Positions 62,488-64,000 of a stretch of 64,000 nucleotides of DNA are shown here, piece after piece. The DNA comes from Rubripirellula sp. Its GTDB lineage: Bacteria > Planctomycetota > Planctomycetia > Pirellulales > Pirellulaceae. The notes beneath the pieces were generated by a model. It was given only the letters and a program-made list of their open reading frames with translations. It did no database searches and was not told the DNA's origin. The position numbers and the translations under genes are program-made. The stretch covers positions 3,968,001 to 4,032,000 of the forward strand of contig OZ244207.1 in the NCBI GenBank assembly GCA_965216875.1, given 5' to 3'. Each line of letters opens with the position of its first letter. The first letter of the stretch is position 1.

Positions 62488-63999
62488 CTACTTGCCATCA
62501 ATCACATACAACCGCGTACCGGTGCGGACTGCGATCCGCCCGTCTGCCGCAGCAACGCCGTAAACGATGGGATCCCGCGACGACGCTTGTGCATTCTTAC
62601 GTCGCTCGGCAAAGCTTTTCGCCATCGCTTCCAGTTCTTTGTTGTCGATTTTGCCGTCACCGTCGGTGTCGATTCGCGACATCATAGCCCGAAACATCGA
62701 CGGGATCTCGTCGCCTTCGAGAACTCCGTCTTTGTTCGCGTCGCCCGCCAACATCCGCGCGACCATGCCACCACCTGGACGCCCCTTGCCATTCGCTGGC
62801 GTCCCATGACCATGACCGGCCGCACCGTCGACGTTGGAGGCTTCACCGTGTGCGTGTTTCCCGTGGGAAGGCTCTCCATGCGAATGCTCGCCCCCACCAC
62901 CATGCTTTGCTTCCCCATGGCCTCCCCCGTGGCTTCCTCCGTGGTGACCATGTCCACCTGCAGCCTCGACGTAATGCAGCGGTGCTGGCGGATCGTTCAC
63001 ATCCCACAGGCTGTTGCTGGCGATTTCGGTGAACTTGGCTCCGGAACCAACAACTCGCGACTGGCCATTTTTTGCAAAGAAGTAGATGGCGTTTCCGGAA
63101 ACGATTGGTGTTGCCCAACAATCGAGTGACAGTCGCTGGCGGTAAGAGATTTCGCCGGTCGCAACGTCAATGCAATGAAGAACATTCGCCTTGTTGACGA
63201 AGTAGGCGTGGTCGCCGCAAGTGACTGGACTGGCATACTCACAAATCGCTTTGTCTGCACGCCAAACCACTTCGGGCTTGCCGTTTTCGATGTTCGACAG
63301 ATCGAGACAACTGTTGGCTTTGACCTGTCCGTCGCTTGCAAATTCGGGCAAGCGAGCGCCAACCAAAAGGAAATCGCCAACCGAGGTGGGCGAGGGAATC
63401 GAATTTCCCTCAAAACCATCGATCTCCCAGGCTTGCTTGCCATCGGCGGCTGCGTATCCGGTCACGCGTCCGCCGCTGCTGACGATCACAAAGGCTTCGC
63501 CGCCGGCGAGCTGTGTCACGATCGGCGACGCCCATGATTTGGTCGACGTGCGCTCTGTCTGCCACACCGTGTCGCCCGTTTTCTTGTCGATCGCAATGAG
63601 CGACGAGGGGCCATCATGCTCGAGGAGCAAATAGAGGTGGCGACCGTCAATCGCAGGGGACGAACCGAGCCCATGGTTGTTCTTGAATCCGCCAATCGCT
63701 TTCGCTTCGTCGCGATACCACAGGAGTTCACCTTGATGGTCGAGGCAAACAAAATCACCCGTTTCAAAGAACACATACACCGCATGCTCGTCAACCAAAG
63801 GGGTCGGCGCGGCTCTGGCATTCATGTAATTCGAGGGATGACCGGACTTCGTTGGACGCTCATAACTCCAACTCGGCTCTCCCGACTTCAGATCAAAACT
63901 CTGGATCACCAAGGTTTCGCACATCGGACCGTCGACCGAGCTGACAAACACCCGGTCATTCCAAATCACGGGTGCCGATTGACCGTAGCCAACAAGCTC
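62488..63999 (-). CDS. PQQ-like beta-propeller with His-rich and EF-hand insertion; 5' end beyond right edge
   Basis: Frame open to the edge (ELVGYGQSAPVIW); AAPTP, GLGSSP, SWASP, YASP repeats; HGHHGGSHGGGH tract; DANKDGVLEGDE and DTDGDGKIDNKE. Confidence 0.9.
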   Translation of the reverse strand, partial: ELVGYGQSAPVIWNDRVFVSSVDGPMCETLVIQSFDLKSGEPSWSYERPTKSGHPSNYMNARAAPTPLVDEHAVYVFFETGDFVCLDHQGELLWYRDEAKAIGGFKNNHGLGSSPAIDGRHLYLLLEHDGPSSLIAIDKKTGDTVWQTERTSTKSWASPIVTQLAGGEAFVIVSSGGRVTGYAAADGKQAWEIDGFEGNSIPSPTSVGDFLLVGARLPEFASDGQVKANSCLDLSNIENGKPEVVWRADKAICEYASPVTCGDHAYFVNKANVLHCIDVATGEISYRQRLSLDCWATPIVSGNAIYFFAKNGQSRVVGSGAKFTEIASNSLWDVNDPPAPLHYVEAAGGHGHHGGSHGGGHGEAKHGGGGEHSHGEPSHGKHAHGEASNVDGAAGHGHGTPANGKGRPGGGMVARMLAGDANKDGVLEGDEIPSMFRAMMSRIDTDGDGKIDNKELEAMAKSFAERRKNAQASSRDPIVYGVAAADGRIAVRTGTRLYVIDGK

Positions 64000-64000
64000 G

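Noticed and set aside
62029..63129. 366-aa plus-strand ORF
   Set aside because: Antisense to the MerC-like and propeller genes; no motifs.

Overview
64-kb window from a GC-rich bacterium, very likely a Planctomycetota of the Pirellulaceae type (inferred from LEPR-XLL-type N-termini, DUF1559 prepilin, planctomycete dockerin, ECF/FecR-LamG pair). Left to right: a >1,900-codon secreted subtilase/beta-propeller gene running off the left edge (absent from the ORF track); a complete nqrABCDEF operon with a Rex/CRP-like palindrome upstream and an ApbE-NqrM fusion downstream; a His-rich lipoprotein, typA, an HtrA-type protease and a PQQ-like propeller; an ECF sigma/FecR-LamG pair divergent from lipoprotein-DUF1559-DUF1080; a six-gene MoxR-DUF58-BatA/vWA-vWA/GATase-like-giant coiled-coil (Gln/Gly repeat)-alpha/alpha barrel operon; VanZ-like, arsC, YfbK-like vWA, a 2,129-aa surface protein, a Rieske ferredoxin and an M16 peptidase; a DUF1573-like gene interrupted by an in-frame TGA followed by a SECIS-like hairpin; and a putative zinc-starvation operon (His-rich/EF-hand propeller, MerC-like, unknown, Cys-to-Asp hisI, ZnuA-like remnant, folE2) converging on an RcnA-like gene. 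Intergenic spacers carry several REP-like palindrome families. No rRNA, tRNA, CRISPR array or transposase was recognised. All family calls are from motif recognition by eye; no searches were run.
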